The notes under the pieces: model-generated
What the model saw: only the letters and a program-made list of their open reading frames with translations
The model's database searches: none
Told to the model about the DNA's origin: nothing
Origin: a virus
Direction: 5' to 3' (one strand)
IMG/VR virus record: IMGVR_UViG_3300018432_000013
Coordinates: 1-64,000 of that record
Length of the DNA: 64,000 nucleotides
Shown: positions 26,640-36,122 of the stretch, piece after piece
Layout of the letters: every line of letters starts with the position of its first letter
Position numbering within the stretch: position 1 is the first letter of the stretch
Made by a program: the position numbers and the translations under genes

Positions 26640-29011
26640 CAGAAGGCTCCGCTCCACGGGTTTTCCGTATGCGAGGCCGCAGCCTCATCACGCTGCGCGC
26701 GCTTCACGGACTCGTAAACGATCTGCCCATCAATGTAGAGCTTGTTGTCGACCACGTAGACCGGCGCGTTCGGATCCTGACTCTTCTGATACTTCTTGAG
26801 CAGCATCTCGTACCCGCGAATCTGTTGCTCACCGGAGAGGCTCGCCACCGTAGTGGCTGGACTCTGTGCATAGTCCCCGCGCCGAAGCTTGATGGCCTCG
26901 AGCCGGTGCTCGAGGCTGTTAAGTTCCTCCGTATCCACCGTGGGCGGCACAACGCCAGGGTCCATCATCGTCCCGGCTGCGTCGACGGCGGCACCGCCCA
27001 CCGCACCTGCGATAAAGCCGGCCGGGCCTGCAATACTGCCCGCAATCCCGCCCATAATCGCGAACTTGTTGTTCCAGATCGTCTTGAACATCTCAATGAC
27101 CGCAGTGCCGAGCTTAAGCAGAAAGACGAACGTGTCGCAGAGGAAGATGAACGCACCCGCCACCGACTCCGCGATGAGCTTTCCTTGCGCCTCGAAGTCG
27201 CCTTTGCTCATCGCCTTGGTCATCTTTCCGTAAGCGCTGTCGGTGATGCCGAGCGTATCCGTGAGCTTCGTGAATGCCTCCCAGATGCGCGTGAGCGCCG
27301 GGCCCGCACGATCGTCGAGCAGCAACGTGAGCGTGTCGGTGAACGCCAAAAAGCCCGCCTTCAGCTTCTCGAAGAAGAGCGTGAAGTTCACGATCATGTC
27401 CTGCGTCTCGACGTCGAGCCCCTCAAACTCGGTCGCAAGCGCCCCGGTGAGCTTGCCTTCGGTCAAGAAGGCCGCGACCGACTGAAAGACGGTCTTCCAC
27501 TTGGAGAAGAACGCCACCACCTTGTCCGTCGCACCACCAAGGTTCTGCGAAAAGACGAGGTAGAGACCAGCGCCGAAGGCGAGCAGCGCACCTGTGAGCA
27601 CCGCGGTGGCGAGCGCGAGAGGCACAGCAATCGCAAGAAAGCCGCCAAGGAAGGTCAGTACCACCGGACCACCGATCATGACGGCGCCGACCAGCACCGC
27701 GATCGCACCCGCGAGGATCATAGAGATGCCCGCAGTGACCGTCATAATGCTGCCAGCGACAAAGAGCCCGGCTAGAAACTTCTTCATATCGGGCGGGATC
27801 TCGGCGATGAACTGCTGGATACGAACAAGCCCCTCCACCAAGAGCTTGAGCGCGGGAAGGAAGAGATCCTTGAAGCCCTTGCCGAGCTCGGTGAGCAGAT
27901 TCTCCCAACTGTTGCCGAGCCGCGTTGAAAACGCGTCGTAAGTTGCGAGCATGGCGCCGGAGATCTTGTCGATCACGCTCGTGTCCTGAAACCCAACCAT
28001 CTTCTTGCGCAGGTAATCGAGCGCGTCGGCGCCCTTGTAGATCGTGTTCGTCGCGTCGTCCTTGATGCCCGCGCCAAAGAGCTGCTCAGTCACGCCCGAG
28101 TAGGCAGTGATGCCGAAGCGCTGAAGAAGGTCCTTCACAATCGTGACGTTCTCCGACATCGATGGGTTGCTCTGCAGCTGCGAGAACAGGTCGACGAAGA
28201 TGTCACCTGCTTTGCGAATCTTGCCGTTGGCGTCCTCGACGTCGATGCCGATCTTTTTGAACTTGCCCGCGTTCTCCGCCATGTAGAGCAGGGCGCTCGA
28301 CACCGAACTCGCGGCCACGGTCGCGTCAACGCCGGTGTTCTTCACGAGACCCATCATGATCAGGACCTCGTTCAGATCCTGCTTCGCGATAGAGGCGCCG
28401 CGGCCGACGGTACCGAGCGCAATGCGCAAGTCAGAAGCCTGCAAGCCTGTGATGTTCGAAATGCCGATGAGCGAACTCGCCACACGCTTCATGTTCTCGG
28501 GGCTTGCTGAAATCGAAAACACCTTCATCGCAGCGCCCATGGCTGACGCCGAATCCGCAAAGCCGACGCCGCCTGCAGCCGCGAGGTTCAAGGCAGGATT
28601 GAGCATGTCGAGCGTCTCGCGGCCCGAAAAGCCAAGCGCTGCGATCTCCTCGATGCCCTTGTTGACCTCGCTCGTTGCGCGGCCCGTGCGCTGCGAGGCG
28701 GCCATCGCAGACTGCGACATCTTCTCAAGCTCCTGGCCACCAACCTGCGCGACCTGGCCGACGCGCGTCATCTCGGCTTCAAAGCGCCCCGCTTTGCCAG
28801 CGAGGGCCATGGACGCCTCGAGCCCGCCCAAGCCTGCTGTCACCATCCCGATACCTGCTGCCATGCCAGCAAAGCCCGCACCGATCGCCTGGATGGCGGT
28901 ACGCGACTGCGTCTCGAGCCCGCCAAACGCACGCTGCAAGCGGAACAGCACACCCGACATCGCGTCGCGTGCAGTGAACGTCACTCCGAGCCCCATGGAG
29001 TTGAGCGCCAC
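26639..29011 (-). CDS. tail tape measure protein
   Basis: 790 aa Ala/Gly-rich helical protein with TM region; canonical position. Confidence 0.9.
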   Translation of the reverse strand: MALNSMGLGVTFTARDAMSGVLFRLQRAFGGLETQSRTAIQAIGAGFAGMAAGIGMVTAGLGGLEASMALAGKAGRFEAEMTRVGQVAQVGGQELEKMSQSAMAASQRTGRATSEVNKGIEEIAALGFSGRETLDMLNPALNLAAAGGVGFADSASAMGAAMKVFSISASPENMKRVASSLIGISNITGLQASDLRIALGTVGRGASIAKQDLNEVLIMMGLVKNTGVDATVAASSVSSALLYMAENAGKFKKIGIDVEDANGKIRKAGDIFVDLFSQLQSNPSMSENVTIVKDLLQRFGITAYSGVTEQLFGAGIKDDATNTIYKGADALDYLRKKMVGFQDTSVIDKISGAMLATYDAFSTRLGNSWENLLTELGKGFKDLFLPALKLLVEGLVRIQQFIAEIPPDMKKFLAGLFVAGSIMTVTAGISMILAGAIAVLVGAVMIGGPVVLTFLGGFLAIAVPLALATAVLTGALLAFGAGLYLVFSQNLGGATDKVVAFFSKWKTVFQSVAAFLTEGKLTGALATEFEGLDVETQDMIVNFTLFFEKLKAGFLAFTDTLTLLLDDRAGPALTRIWEAFTKLTDTLGITDSAYGKMTKAMSKGDFEAQGKLIAESVAGAFIFLCDTFVFLLKLGTAVIEMFKTIWNNKFAIMGGIAGSIAGPAGFIAGAVGGAAVDAAGTMMDPGVVPPTVDTEELNSLEHRLEAIKLRRGDYAQSPATTVASLSGEQQIRGYEMLLKKYQKSQDPNAPVYVVDNKLYIDGQIVYESVKRAQRDEAAASHTENPWSGAF

Positions 29012-29044
29012 GCTGCTTGCCCCTTAATCGCGCATGATACCAGC

Positions 29045-29350
29045 CTATCGCTTGCGGTACGCGCTGCGCAGTGCGGCCGCTTCTTTCTGCCGTGTCTCGT
29101 GCAGGGTCTCGACCATCTTCAACGCTTCATCGAAGTCCGCTTCGAGCACATCACGTCTCGACCAGCCAAGGCCGCTACCGCCGTGCTGCACGTACCCGAG
29201 CGCAAAGCAAAGCTCCGAGACGAGATCCGCCGGCATCCGTGGAAACAGCCGGCACAACGACACTTCGTCTATGGTGGGACAATGCGGGACTAGGAACCTG
29301 TCCTCGTCGCCTTCCTCGACGGCGACCAGTACCCCCGCTGGTCCAAAGGG
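29045..29350 (-). CDS. tail assembly chaperone frameshift extension (T-like)
   Basis: -1 frame relative to upstream chaperone; entered at CCCTTTG. Confidence 0.65.
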   Translation of the reverse strand, partial: PFGPAGVLVAVEEGDEDRFLVPHCPTIDEVSLCRLFPRMPADLVSELCFALGYVQHGGSGLGWSRRDVLEADFDEALKMVETLHETRQKEAAALRSAYRKR

Positions 29351-30018
29351 AGAGTCACCTCGCTCTCCGCTCCGCACTCCTCGCATTCGATGTCGAAGTC
29401 CGTCTCGACGCCGCAGTCGTGACTGTCGAGCATCTTCACGAGATCGAGCGCCACTGTGTAGTCGAGGTCGTCGAGATAGGCGCGCCGGTCGGTCACGCCC
29501 TCGATCTCCTCGATGCGCGCAAGCAGGCTCGAGGTCACGCGCGTCGTCTTGTTCGACTTGAGGATCATGAGAGCTTTGCGCTCAAGTTCCCCTGTCATCA
29601 GGTGAAACGTGTAGCGCTTTCCATCCGGACCGAGCTCCTTGAAGACGTTGCCGCTCTTGAAGACGGCTGCATCGTCAGGCTTGAGCTTGAAGAGCGGCAG
29701 GGAGTTCAGGTCGATGGACCAGTTGATGATGTTCTTGCAGACCGAACACGGCACGCGAAAGTCGAAGTCCTTGCCGTGCGTGGCGATGCGCACCTGCAGC
29801 TGCGCGTAGAAGCGATCCCCAGACAGGACCTTCTCCCACTCGATGCGGCCCGTGAACGGGTAGGGGCCCGGGTCGACGGTCGCCGACCACACGGACCCGA
29901 GGAGCTGATCAAGCGTCGCGCCCTTTTGCTGCGCCTGCTTGTCCGCGAGGATGTTGGCTTCCTGCACCTTGAGCTTGCGCAGCTCGACGGCGAGACCTGA
30001 AGGGCATGTGACGAGCAC
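29290..30018 (-). CDS. tail assembly chaperone with two CxxC motifs
   Basis: Between tube and tape measure; CSVC and CEEC; GGGAGG SD. Confidence 0.75.
   Translation of the reverse strand: MLVTCPSGLAVELRKLKVQEANILADKQAQQKGATLDQLLGSVWSATVDPGPYPFTGRIEWEKVLSGDRFYAQLQVRIATHGKDFDFRVPCSVCKNIINWSIDLNSLPLFKLKPDDAAVFKSGNVFKELGPDGKRYTFHLMTGELERKALMILKSNKTTRVTSSLLARIEEIEGVTDRRAYLDDLDYTVALDLVKMLDSHDCGVETDFDIECEECGAESEVTLPLDQRGYWSPSRKATRTGS
29344..29350 (-). other. -1 ribosomal slippery site C CCT TTG
   Basis: X XXY YYZ in correct phase. Confidence 0.6.
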
Positions 30019-30039
30019 TGGTGGTTGCCTCCCATCAGC

Positions 30040-30049
30040 GTTAGTGCCC
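30040..30049 (-). promoter_or_regulatory. RGGCACYAAC motif
   Basis: 21 nt before GTG 30018, just after a terminator. Confidence 0.6.
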
Positions 30050-30071
30050 GGTCATGCGCGACCTGGACACG

Positions 30072-30129
30072 AAAAGCGTGAGCCCGAAAGAAGGACGCCC
30101 ATCTCCAAACGGCCCTCTCTCGGCTCACG
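30072..30129 (-). terminator. intrinsic terminator after tube gene
   Basis: CGTGAGCC...GGCTCACG stem then CTTTT. Confidence 0.55.
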
Positions 30130-30192
30130 GGGAAGCGCGCAAGTCTGGTAGCAAGCCAGGTCCTCGCAGCACCTCCGCAAAGCTTGGTGCGC

Positions 30193-30669
30193 TCAGAAGA
30201 TGCTGGGCGCGCCGACGAGCTCGTAGAAGTCGATGGCGAGCGTGATCTGCTCGACGACGTTCTCGTCTGCGTCGTTGTCCCAGTCACCCGCGACGAAGCG
30301 CTTTGGCCAGGCGCCAAAGAGCCGCCACCTGCGGATCGTCTGGCCGGCTCGGTCGAGCTGGCGCACGTCGACGTTGCGCTTGTAGTAGGGCTCGTTCATG
30401 CCGGCGTTGGCGATCGCGTCGCCGATGGACTTGTGCCAGAGGTAGAGCTCCAGGTTGCCCGTCACGCCGCGCGCGAGCGTGACGTCGTCGACGGTGATGC
30501 GGCCCGCGCTCTTGTGCGGAATCATGGTGCCGCCTTCCCACTGCGCGACCTCGCCAAACTCGCTGGCGAGCTCGCTGCAGCTCTGAAAGGACCCGTTCAG
30601 GATTCCGTCGATCTCGACGATGAACCGAAACTTCGGGTGGTACTGGCGCGGTGCTCCAAGGATCGGCAT
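30193..30669 (-). CDS. tail tube protein (T4 gp19-like)
   Basis: FRFIVEIDG, VTLARGVT, WRLFGAWP. Confidence 0.92.
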   Translation of the reverse strand: MPILGAPRQYHPKFRFIVEIDGILNGSFQSCSELASEFGEVAQWEGGTMIPHKSAGRITVDDVTLARGVTGNLELYLWHKSIGDAIANAGMNEPYYKRNVDVRQLDRAGQTIRRWRLFGAWPKRFVAGDWDNDADENVVEQITLAIDFYELVGAPSIF

Positions 30670-30683
30670 GTCGTGTTACCCCT

Positions 30684-32894
30684 TCAGCTCGCGGCCAGCT
30701 CCGCTTCAATCGCCCGTGTGTCCTGCGAGAACCGCAGGAAGATGAACTCTGCTGGCTTCTGCGTGGCGAGGCCGACGCGCGCAATCAGCTGCCCAGCAAA
30801 CACCACCGTGGGTGTGTTGAGCGCCTCCGAAACGTCGACGATGAAGGCCTTGCTGCGCTCGCGCGAACGGAACGCACCGACCAACATCTGCGCATTGAGG
30901 AAGGCCTGGATGGTGCGCTCCACCTCCGCGCGCAGCGTCTCGTCGTTGTTTCTGAAGCGCACGAACTCAAGTCCGTCCTTGATCGCCTGCTCGATGAAGA
31001 TGACGCCGCGCCGCTCGCTGATGGACGGGAAGTTGCTGTCACCCTTGAGCGTGCGCACGCCGTCAAGCACGGGCACTCCGCCCACGTAGCGGATGGGGTT
31101 GATGCGCTCCGGATAGAGCAGGTCACGATTGGCCTCCTCCTGCGTCGCGTCAGTCTCGAGCCCGGCACAACTGAAGATGCGGCCCTTCTCGGTGCCCGCG
31201 GGCGCCTGGTACACGCCGCCCGAGCTCGAAGCATCGGTGCGCGCGTAGATGCCCGCGATGTGCCCGCACGGCGGAATGGTCAGCGTCTTGGCCGAGCCGT
31301 AAAGCGCCTTGTTCGGGTTGAGCACCTTGATGTTCGGGTAGTAGATGGCCCCGAACTCCGACAGGTTCTCGAGTCCCGCCGTGGTGGTCACGTACGTACG
31401 CACCTGCTCGACCGTGAGCCCAAGCGGCGACGAGAGCACCGGGAAGAGCGCGCCCTTCTTCTGCATCGTCGCGTACGTGATCATCGCCACGTGCATCAGC
31501 GCCGTCTCGCGATCGGGGCTGATGAGGACGCGCGCGTCCTCGTTCAGATTGAAGCCGTGCAGGCCTGTCTGCGCACCGCGCGCTCCGATAAAGTCGAGGT
31601 CGCCGATGCCCGACAACCCATCCGCACCGCCCGTAAGCGGGCCGAAGGTCCCGTTCGCCGGCCGCACGCCGGGAATGAGCTCGACTGTCTTGATGAGGTT
31701 CGAACCTGCGTTCTCATCGTTGAGGGCGACCTCGTGGTAGTCGGGAGAGAGCGTGTCGACCGAGAGGTTCGGCCACGTCTCGCGCACGATGCCGTCCTCT
31801 TCGACCGTCAAGTTGAACTCGGTCTCGCGCCCGCTCGTCGCCGTTGAAACCACGATCACGAGGTCGTTGGCGTAGCTGCCGTCGGTCTTGCCGCGTACTT
31901 CGATCACGTCGGCTGCAGATCCCGTCCCGCCCTCATGCACGGCCGTGTCGAGGCCGAGCGCCGTGCGCGCCGTCGAGCTGTGTTGCACCTGCACGCTCGA
32001 CCCGCCGCCTGTCGTCGTCGAGCTGAGCCGGAGATTGCTCCCCGCAGCCGAGATGAGTGAGCCCGCGACGGCCGCTTCCACGATCGACTTCACTTCGGTG
32101 ATCGACACCGCAGCCAGGTCAGCAACGTTGCCAGAACCCGCCACATCGCCCGTCGCAAAGCCGAGAACGCCGTTGGCCGTGCCGCCGGTAACATCGACGT
32201 GGCTCGTCGTTCCTTTACGGTCACTCGTGAGCCGAACCGCGCCACCGTCCACATCGGCGCGCGCGCCGTTGATCTTGGCATTGATGACGGCAGCAGCCTC
32301 AGCGGCGGTCGCTGCCCCGATCGCAGCAAACTCCGACGTGAGGAAGGTGATGGTCTGAGGAGCGCCGCCATCGATGGCCACCGTCAGTGTTTGGTTGTCT
32401 GCGAGCGCGTAAGGCCCCGCGTTGGCGGCCGTGCGTGAAGCGGCGACCCCCGTGAAGGTCGCCGTGGCTGGATCACCGCCGTCGATGACCACGTTGAGCG
32501 TCTGGCCGCTCGTGAGCGAAAAGGGCCCAGGCAGTGAGCCCACGACGTAGCCGGCCGAAGGTGCGCCTGCACCACTTGAAAGATTCAAGAGCCCTTCGGC
32601 GCTCGTCTTGCTCGATGCATCCGTTGCGTCCGTGTGGTGCACGACGCGCTTGACGTACATCGCGCCGCCGCCGTTCTCGAAGAACCCTTGCACCGCGTGG
32701 CTCAGGTAGCCGTTCAAGATGTGCCCGCCAAAGACGCGCTTGTACTGATCGAACGACGTGATGAGCTGCGACTTGAAAGGGCCGCGCTCTGTGATGCCGA
32801 GCGCCGCTGTGATGGCACTGGGGCCTGCGATGATGGACCGGACCTGAGGGCTTTCCTCTTCGATCGAGATGCCGGAGCTAAGCTGACGGGCCAT
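30684..32894 (-). CDS. contractile tail sheath protein with large insertion
   Basis: FFENGG..YVKRV, PPCGHIAGIYARTD, INPIR, KPAEFI. Confidence 0.93.
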   Translation of the reverse strand: MARQLSSGISIEEESPQVRSIIAGPSAITAALGITERGPFKSQLITSFDQYKRVFGGHILNGYLSHAVQGFFENGGGAMYVKRVVHHTDATDASSKTSAEGLLNLSSGAGAPSAGYVVGSLPGPFSLTSGQTLNVVIDGGDPATATFTGVAASRTAANAGPYALADNQTLTVAIDGGAPQTITFLTSEFAAIGAATAAEAAAVINAKINGARADVDGGAVRLTSDRKGTTSHVDVTGGTANGVLGFATGDVAGSGNVADLAAVSITEVKSIVEAAVAGSLISAAGSNLRLSSTTTGGGSSVQVQHSSTARTALGLDTAVHEGGTGSAADVIEVRGKTDGSYANDLVIVVSTATSGRETEFNLTVEEDGIVRETWPNLSVDTLSPDYHEVALNDENAGSNLIKTVELIPGVRPANGTFGPLTGGADGLSGIGDLDFIGARGAQTGLHGFNLNEDARVLISPDRETALMHVAMITYATMQKKGALFPVLSSPLGLTVEQVRTYVTTTAGLENLSEFGAIYYPNIKVLNPNKALYGSAKTLTIPPCGHIAGIYARTDASSSGGVYQAPAGTEKGRIFSCAGLETDATQEEANRDLLYPERINPIRYVGGVPVLDGVRTLKGDSNFPSISERRGVIFIEQAIKDGLEFVRFRNNDETLRAEVERTIQAFLNAQMLVGAFRSRERSKAFIVDVSEALNTPTVVFAGQLIARVGLATQKPAEFIFLRFSQDTRAIEAELAAS

Positions 32895-33223
32895 CAGGTC
32901 TCCCCTTTGTGCTTACGCTGCTTCAGCGCGATCTGAGGTTTGTCGTCCGCATTGCCCACGTCCGCATCGGCGGGCTTGTCCTGGATCTGCAAAAGACCCG
33001 CACGCAATGCATCAGCAAGCGCGTAGTCAGGGATGCCCTCGCGCGATTCTCCAGCGAGCACCGTGATGCTGTTCGGCAAGTTCAGCTGCAGCTTGCGCGT
33101 CGCAAGCTCGCCAGTCCGACGATCGTGCAGAACCTGCGCGAACGAGGTAGCTGCCCTTGGCGCATCCGGATGCGTCACCGAGAACGTTACGGGGCGCTTG
33201 TGTGGATTTTTGAGCGCGACCAT
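32894..33223 (-). CDS. hypothetical protein
   Basis: TGATG-coupled to sheath; TGATACGCT -10 7 nt upstream. Confidence 0.7.
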   Translation of the reverse strand: MVALKNPHKRPVTFSVTHPDAPRAATSFAQVLHDRRTGELATRKLQLNLPNSITVLAGESREGIPDYALADALRAGLLQIQDKPADADVGNADDKPQIALKQRKHKGET

Positions 33224-33230
33224 CGCGGGG

Positions 33231-33239
33231 AGCGTATCA
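33231..33239 (-). promoter_or_regulatory. extended -10 TGATACGCT, leaderless
   Basis: 7 nt before ATG 33223; identical copy at 34274-34282. Confidence 0.55.
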
Positions 33240-33274
33240 CTCGCGCTCCTAAGGACGAAAGAAGGAATCGAGCC

Positions 33275-34267
33275 TTACAGGTCATCGACATCCACGATCA
33301 CGGCTGTCACCGGACGTGTGATGCCCACACCGCCTGTACCCTCTTCGTCAAAACCAGGAAGCCCTGAAAGCGGCACCTGACGAATGACTGCGCGCGCACC
33401 AAACGTCGTCAGGCTGGAATCATCACCACCCGCGTTGATGCTCGGTGCCCCACCGCGCGCCAAAACAAGCTCGAACCGCACCTGTCCGCGTGATGGATCG
33501 GCTGGGTCGAGGTCGACGTAGAGGTAGGGGTTGCGCTCAAAGAACGTCACCAGTACGGACTGCAAGTTGATGAGCACCACATGCCGGTCGGACGTCCCGA
33601 TGATCTGAAAGCTCAGGTCTCCGTACTTAGGCTGGGGCATACGAACGCGATAGCCAAAGGCGTCCACGTACTGCTCCACCTCGGGCTCGGTCCCCTCCTC
33701 AAGCTCAGGCCCTATCACCACCAGTGATGGCAGATGCTGAAGCTCTGTGAGATTGAACGTGTCCCCTGTGGCCGCGTCGTAGTCCGTGTGGATGTGGCTC
33801 GTCGTCACGTTCTGGAGCACCTGCTTTTTGAGCGCGCGCAGAAACGTTCTCACGATACGCACAAGCATGCTCTCGCCCGTAAGTACGACCCGCCGATACG
33901 TGAAAGCGCCCAGAGCTACCGCGAACTCCCCGGGGATGGGCACACCCGCATCGTCGAGGTTCTGCACAGTCACATCGACCGGGCCGATCACGTCTGCGTT
34001 CGAGACGGGTAGCCGTGCGTAGATCAGCGCGTGGTTGACCACGAGCACTTGCGGCGCAACAGCATCACCAAACCGCACCTGCACAGTGGGGCCCCAGTAC
34101 GGGCTCGGCGACCAATCCGACTCCACGATGGTCACGAGATGATCCGGGTCGGTGGCGCGCACCGCCTCCCCACGCCGTCGAAAGTCGCCGCCCAGGATGC
34201 GAATCATCCCGTGCCCGCCCACATGCCCTGTGGCGGGGTAGACGTTCGTGACTGTCGGAACTGCCAT
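33275..34267 (-). CDS. tail terminator-like protein with N-terminal IPT/TIG domain
   Basis: PTVTNVYPATGHVGG...AFTY; precedes sheath. Confidence 0.65.
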   Translation of the reverse strand: MAVPTVTNVYPATGHVGGHGMIRILGGDFRRRGEAVRATDPDHLVTIVESDWSPSPYWGPTVQVRFGDAVAPQVLVVNHALIYARLPVSNADVIGPVDVTVQNLDDAGVPIPGEFAVALGAFTYRRVVLTGESMLVRIVRTFLRALKKQVLQNVTTSHIHTDYDAATGDTFNLTELQHLPSLVVIGPELEEGTEPEVEQYVDAFGYRVRMPQPKYGDLSFQIIGTSDRHVVLINLQSVLVTFFERNPYLYVDLDPADPSRGQVRFELVLARGGAPSINAGGDDSSLTTFGARAVIRQVPLSGLPGFDEEGTGGVGITRPVTAVIVDVDDL

Positions 34268-34279
34268 ATCCCGAGCGTA

Positions 34280-35584
34280 TCACTTCTTCTTGTTCGCTTT
34301 TCGAGCCGCCTTGCGCTGGTTCGCTCGATGAGCCTTCACATGCGCGTTGTGCTGTGGATTGGCTTCGCGCTGGTTTTTGCGGAACGCCTTCACGTGCGCT
34401 GAATGCGGCGCCCGGTGCGCCTTCACGTGCGCGCTCTGCTGCGGGTTGGCTTTGCTGCGTTTGCGCTGAAACGCCTTCACGTGCGCGTTGTGCTGCGGCG
34501 TGACGTGTTTGCGGAACGCCTTCACGTGGGCATTCTGCTGCGGATTCTTTTTGCGGTTCTGCTTCCGGTACGCCTTCACGTGCGCGTTGTGCTGCTGCTT
34601 GCGCGGCAACGGCGGGCGCTTCCAAGCGCGACGCGGGCCCTTTCGCGTGATGCGCGGCCGCACCATCCTGTACTTCCGCATCTTGATTTTGGGCGTGGCG
34701 CCGATGAGCTTCTTCGAGAAGCGCGGCTTCTTCACGCGCACCTTCGCCACGCGCGGAACCTTCGGCTTTCGGAACTTCGGTGCGATCACCCGCTTGGGCT
34801 TTTTGAACTTCTGCGGCCGCTTCAGCTTGACGATCGTCTTACGCAGCCGCTGCCCGCGCCCTGTACGCGCCATCTTCAAGCTGCGCCCTGTCGCGCCTCC
34901 TGCGAATCGCTCGGCGGCCGACGCAAGGCTGCGGCCGGGCAAATCAGGGTGATTGATGACCCCGAGCAGCCCGCCAAGCTTACGCGCCACGCGCGCCATG
35001 AAGCGCTCGGCGCCGCGCTTGCCGCCGTACATCTCAATCACGGGCCGGATGAAGGGGCGCGCCGGGATACGCACCATTCCAAGGCCCGCGTGCTGGCCTC
35101 CCATGCCGCCCGAGCTCTTCAAACCCGCCTTGCGCAGCGCCTGCGCGATGAGACGCATGCGTGCGCGAGAAATGGCGGAGCGCACGACCCCGCCGTACTC
35201 GTGCAACCGCCCGATGTCTGCAAGGCTTCGCCCGTCCGCGCCGCGCGAGGCGTAGAGCACGCCGACGAACACTTCATCTTGCTTGGCCACGGTGACGACG
35301 TTGTTGCGCAGCTCGCCTGTGCGAATCAGCGCTTTGGTCCCGCCAAACCCGAGCAGCTTGCGCAGCGCGAGCGTCACTGGAGAAAGCGGTTTGAAGCGCA
35401 GGCCGCCCGGGGCTTGCTGGCGAATACCCTCGACGATCTTGCGGCGGTAAAACTCGCCCTCTTCAACGAGCGCTGCCTGCATCGCCTGTGGAAAGCGCAC
35501 CGAGAGGTTCGCGAACGCATCGCCGAGCTTCGCCCAGTCGCCGGTCAGCGATGCGTTGTAAACGCCGTGCTTTCCGCCCGCCAT
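34280..35584 (-). CDS. virion morphogenesis / tail completion protein (Mu gpG-like) with long basic C-tail
   Basis: FKPLSPVT, ALIRTGELRN, HEYG, IPARPFIRP. Confidence 0.8.
   Translation of the reverse strand: MAGGKHGVYNASLTGDWAKLGDAFANLSVRFPQAMQAALVEEGEFYRRKIVEGIRQQAPGGLRFKPLSPVTLALRKLLGFGGTKALIRTGELRNNVVTVAKQDEVFVGVLYASRGADGRSLADIGRLHEYGGVVRSAISRARMRLIAQALRKAGLKSSGGMGGQHAGLGMVRIPARPFIRPVIEMYGGKRGAERFMARVARKLGGLLGVINHPDLPGRSLASAAERFAGGATGRSLKMARTGRGQRLRKTIVKLKRPQKFKKPKRVIAPKFRKPKVPRVAKVRVKKPRFSKKLIGATPKIKMRKYRMVRPRITRKGPRRAWKRPPLPRKQQHNAHVKAYRKQNRKKNPQQNAHVKAFRKHVTPQHNAHVKAFQRKRSKANPQQSAHVKAHRAPHSAHVKAFRKNQREANPQHNAHVKAHRANQRKAARKANKKK
34332..34585 (-). repeat. six coding repeats AHVKA[FYH][RQ]
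   Basis: GCCTTCACRTGSGC units at 34332, 34386, 34419, 34473, 34518, 34572; all spacings multiples of 3. Confidence 0.9.
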
Positions 35585-35588
35585 GACC

Positions 35589-36074
35589 TCAGCGCGCCTG
35601 TTCGCGCGACCGAAACTCGAGCTGCAGCAGGTTGCGCTTGCCGCCGAGCCCAAACCCGATGGGCAGTGTCTCGCGCAAATACAGACCAGGCGTGGAAGGG
35701 ATCTGCATCACGAGCGCGCCGCCCATTTCATAGATCGCCGTGAGTCGATCGTTGACACGAATCTTGGGCTGCCCGGTAGGGTCGAGCAGGTCGCGCAACT
35801 CAAGCTCCATGAAGTGCACGACGCAGACAAAACGCGCCTCGCGCACAAGCCCCGTCTGCATCGCGCGCGCGTTGTTGAACATCCCGGGCTCGATCTGCGC
35901 CTGCAACCGCAGCGAAGTCTCACGCCGCGTATCAGCGCCGCCTGTGGAGCCGTCAGGGACGTTTCGCGGCTCGCCAAAGTCTTCGTCGTAACCCCCGCCC
36001 ACCACGAGCGAAGTGGCCAGTGTATCTAGCTGACCGAGCTCGATCTGGAACGGATGGATCAGTCGGCCACGCAT
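35589..36074 (-). CDS. head closure / head-tail joining protein
   Basis: GYDEDFGEP motif, beta-rich, neck position. Confidence 0.6.
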   Translation of the reverse strand: MRGRLIHPFQIELGQLDTLATSLVVGGGYDEDFGEPRNVPDGSTGGADTRRETSLRLQAQIEPGMFNNARAMQTGLVREARFVCVVHFMELELRDLLDPTGQPKIRVNDRLTAIYEMGGALVMQIPSTPGLYLRETLPIGFGLGGKRNLLQLEFRSREQAR

Positions 36075-36081
36075 GTCAGGT

Positions 36082-36113
36082 AGGCTATCAGATGCCTACG
36101 TCCGGGCACTAAC
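36082..36113. promoter_or_regulatory. back-to-back promoters: TGATAGCCT (-) and GGGCACTAAC (+)
   Basis: 7 nt and 9 nt from the two divergent ATGs in a 48-nt gap. Confidence 0.6.
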
Positions 36114-36122
36114 GGTAGAAGC

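Noticed and set aside
15097-34267. Stand-alone eCIS or tailocin locus
   Set aside because: Terminase, portal, protease and capsid genes are contiguous with it, so it is a phage tail.
34332-34585. Regularly spaced repeats resembling a CRISPR array
   Set aside because: Short degenerate units, spacings all multiples of 3, inside an ORF encoding a peptide repeat.
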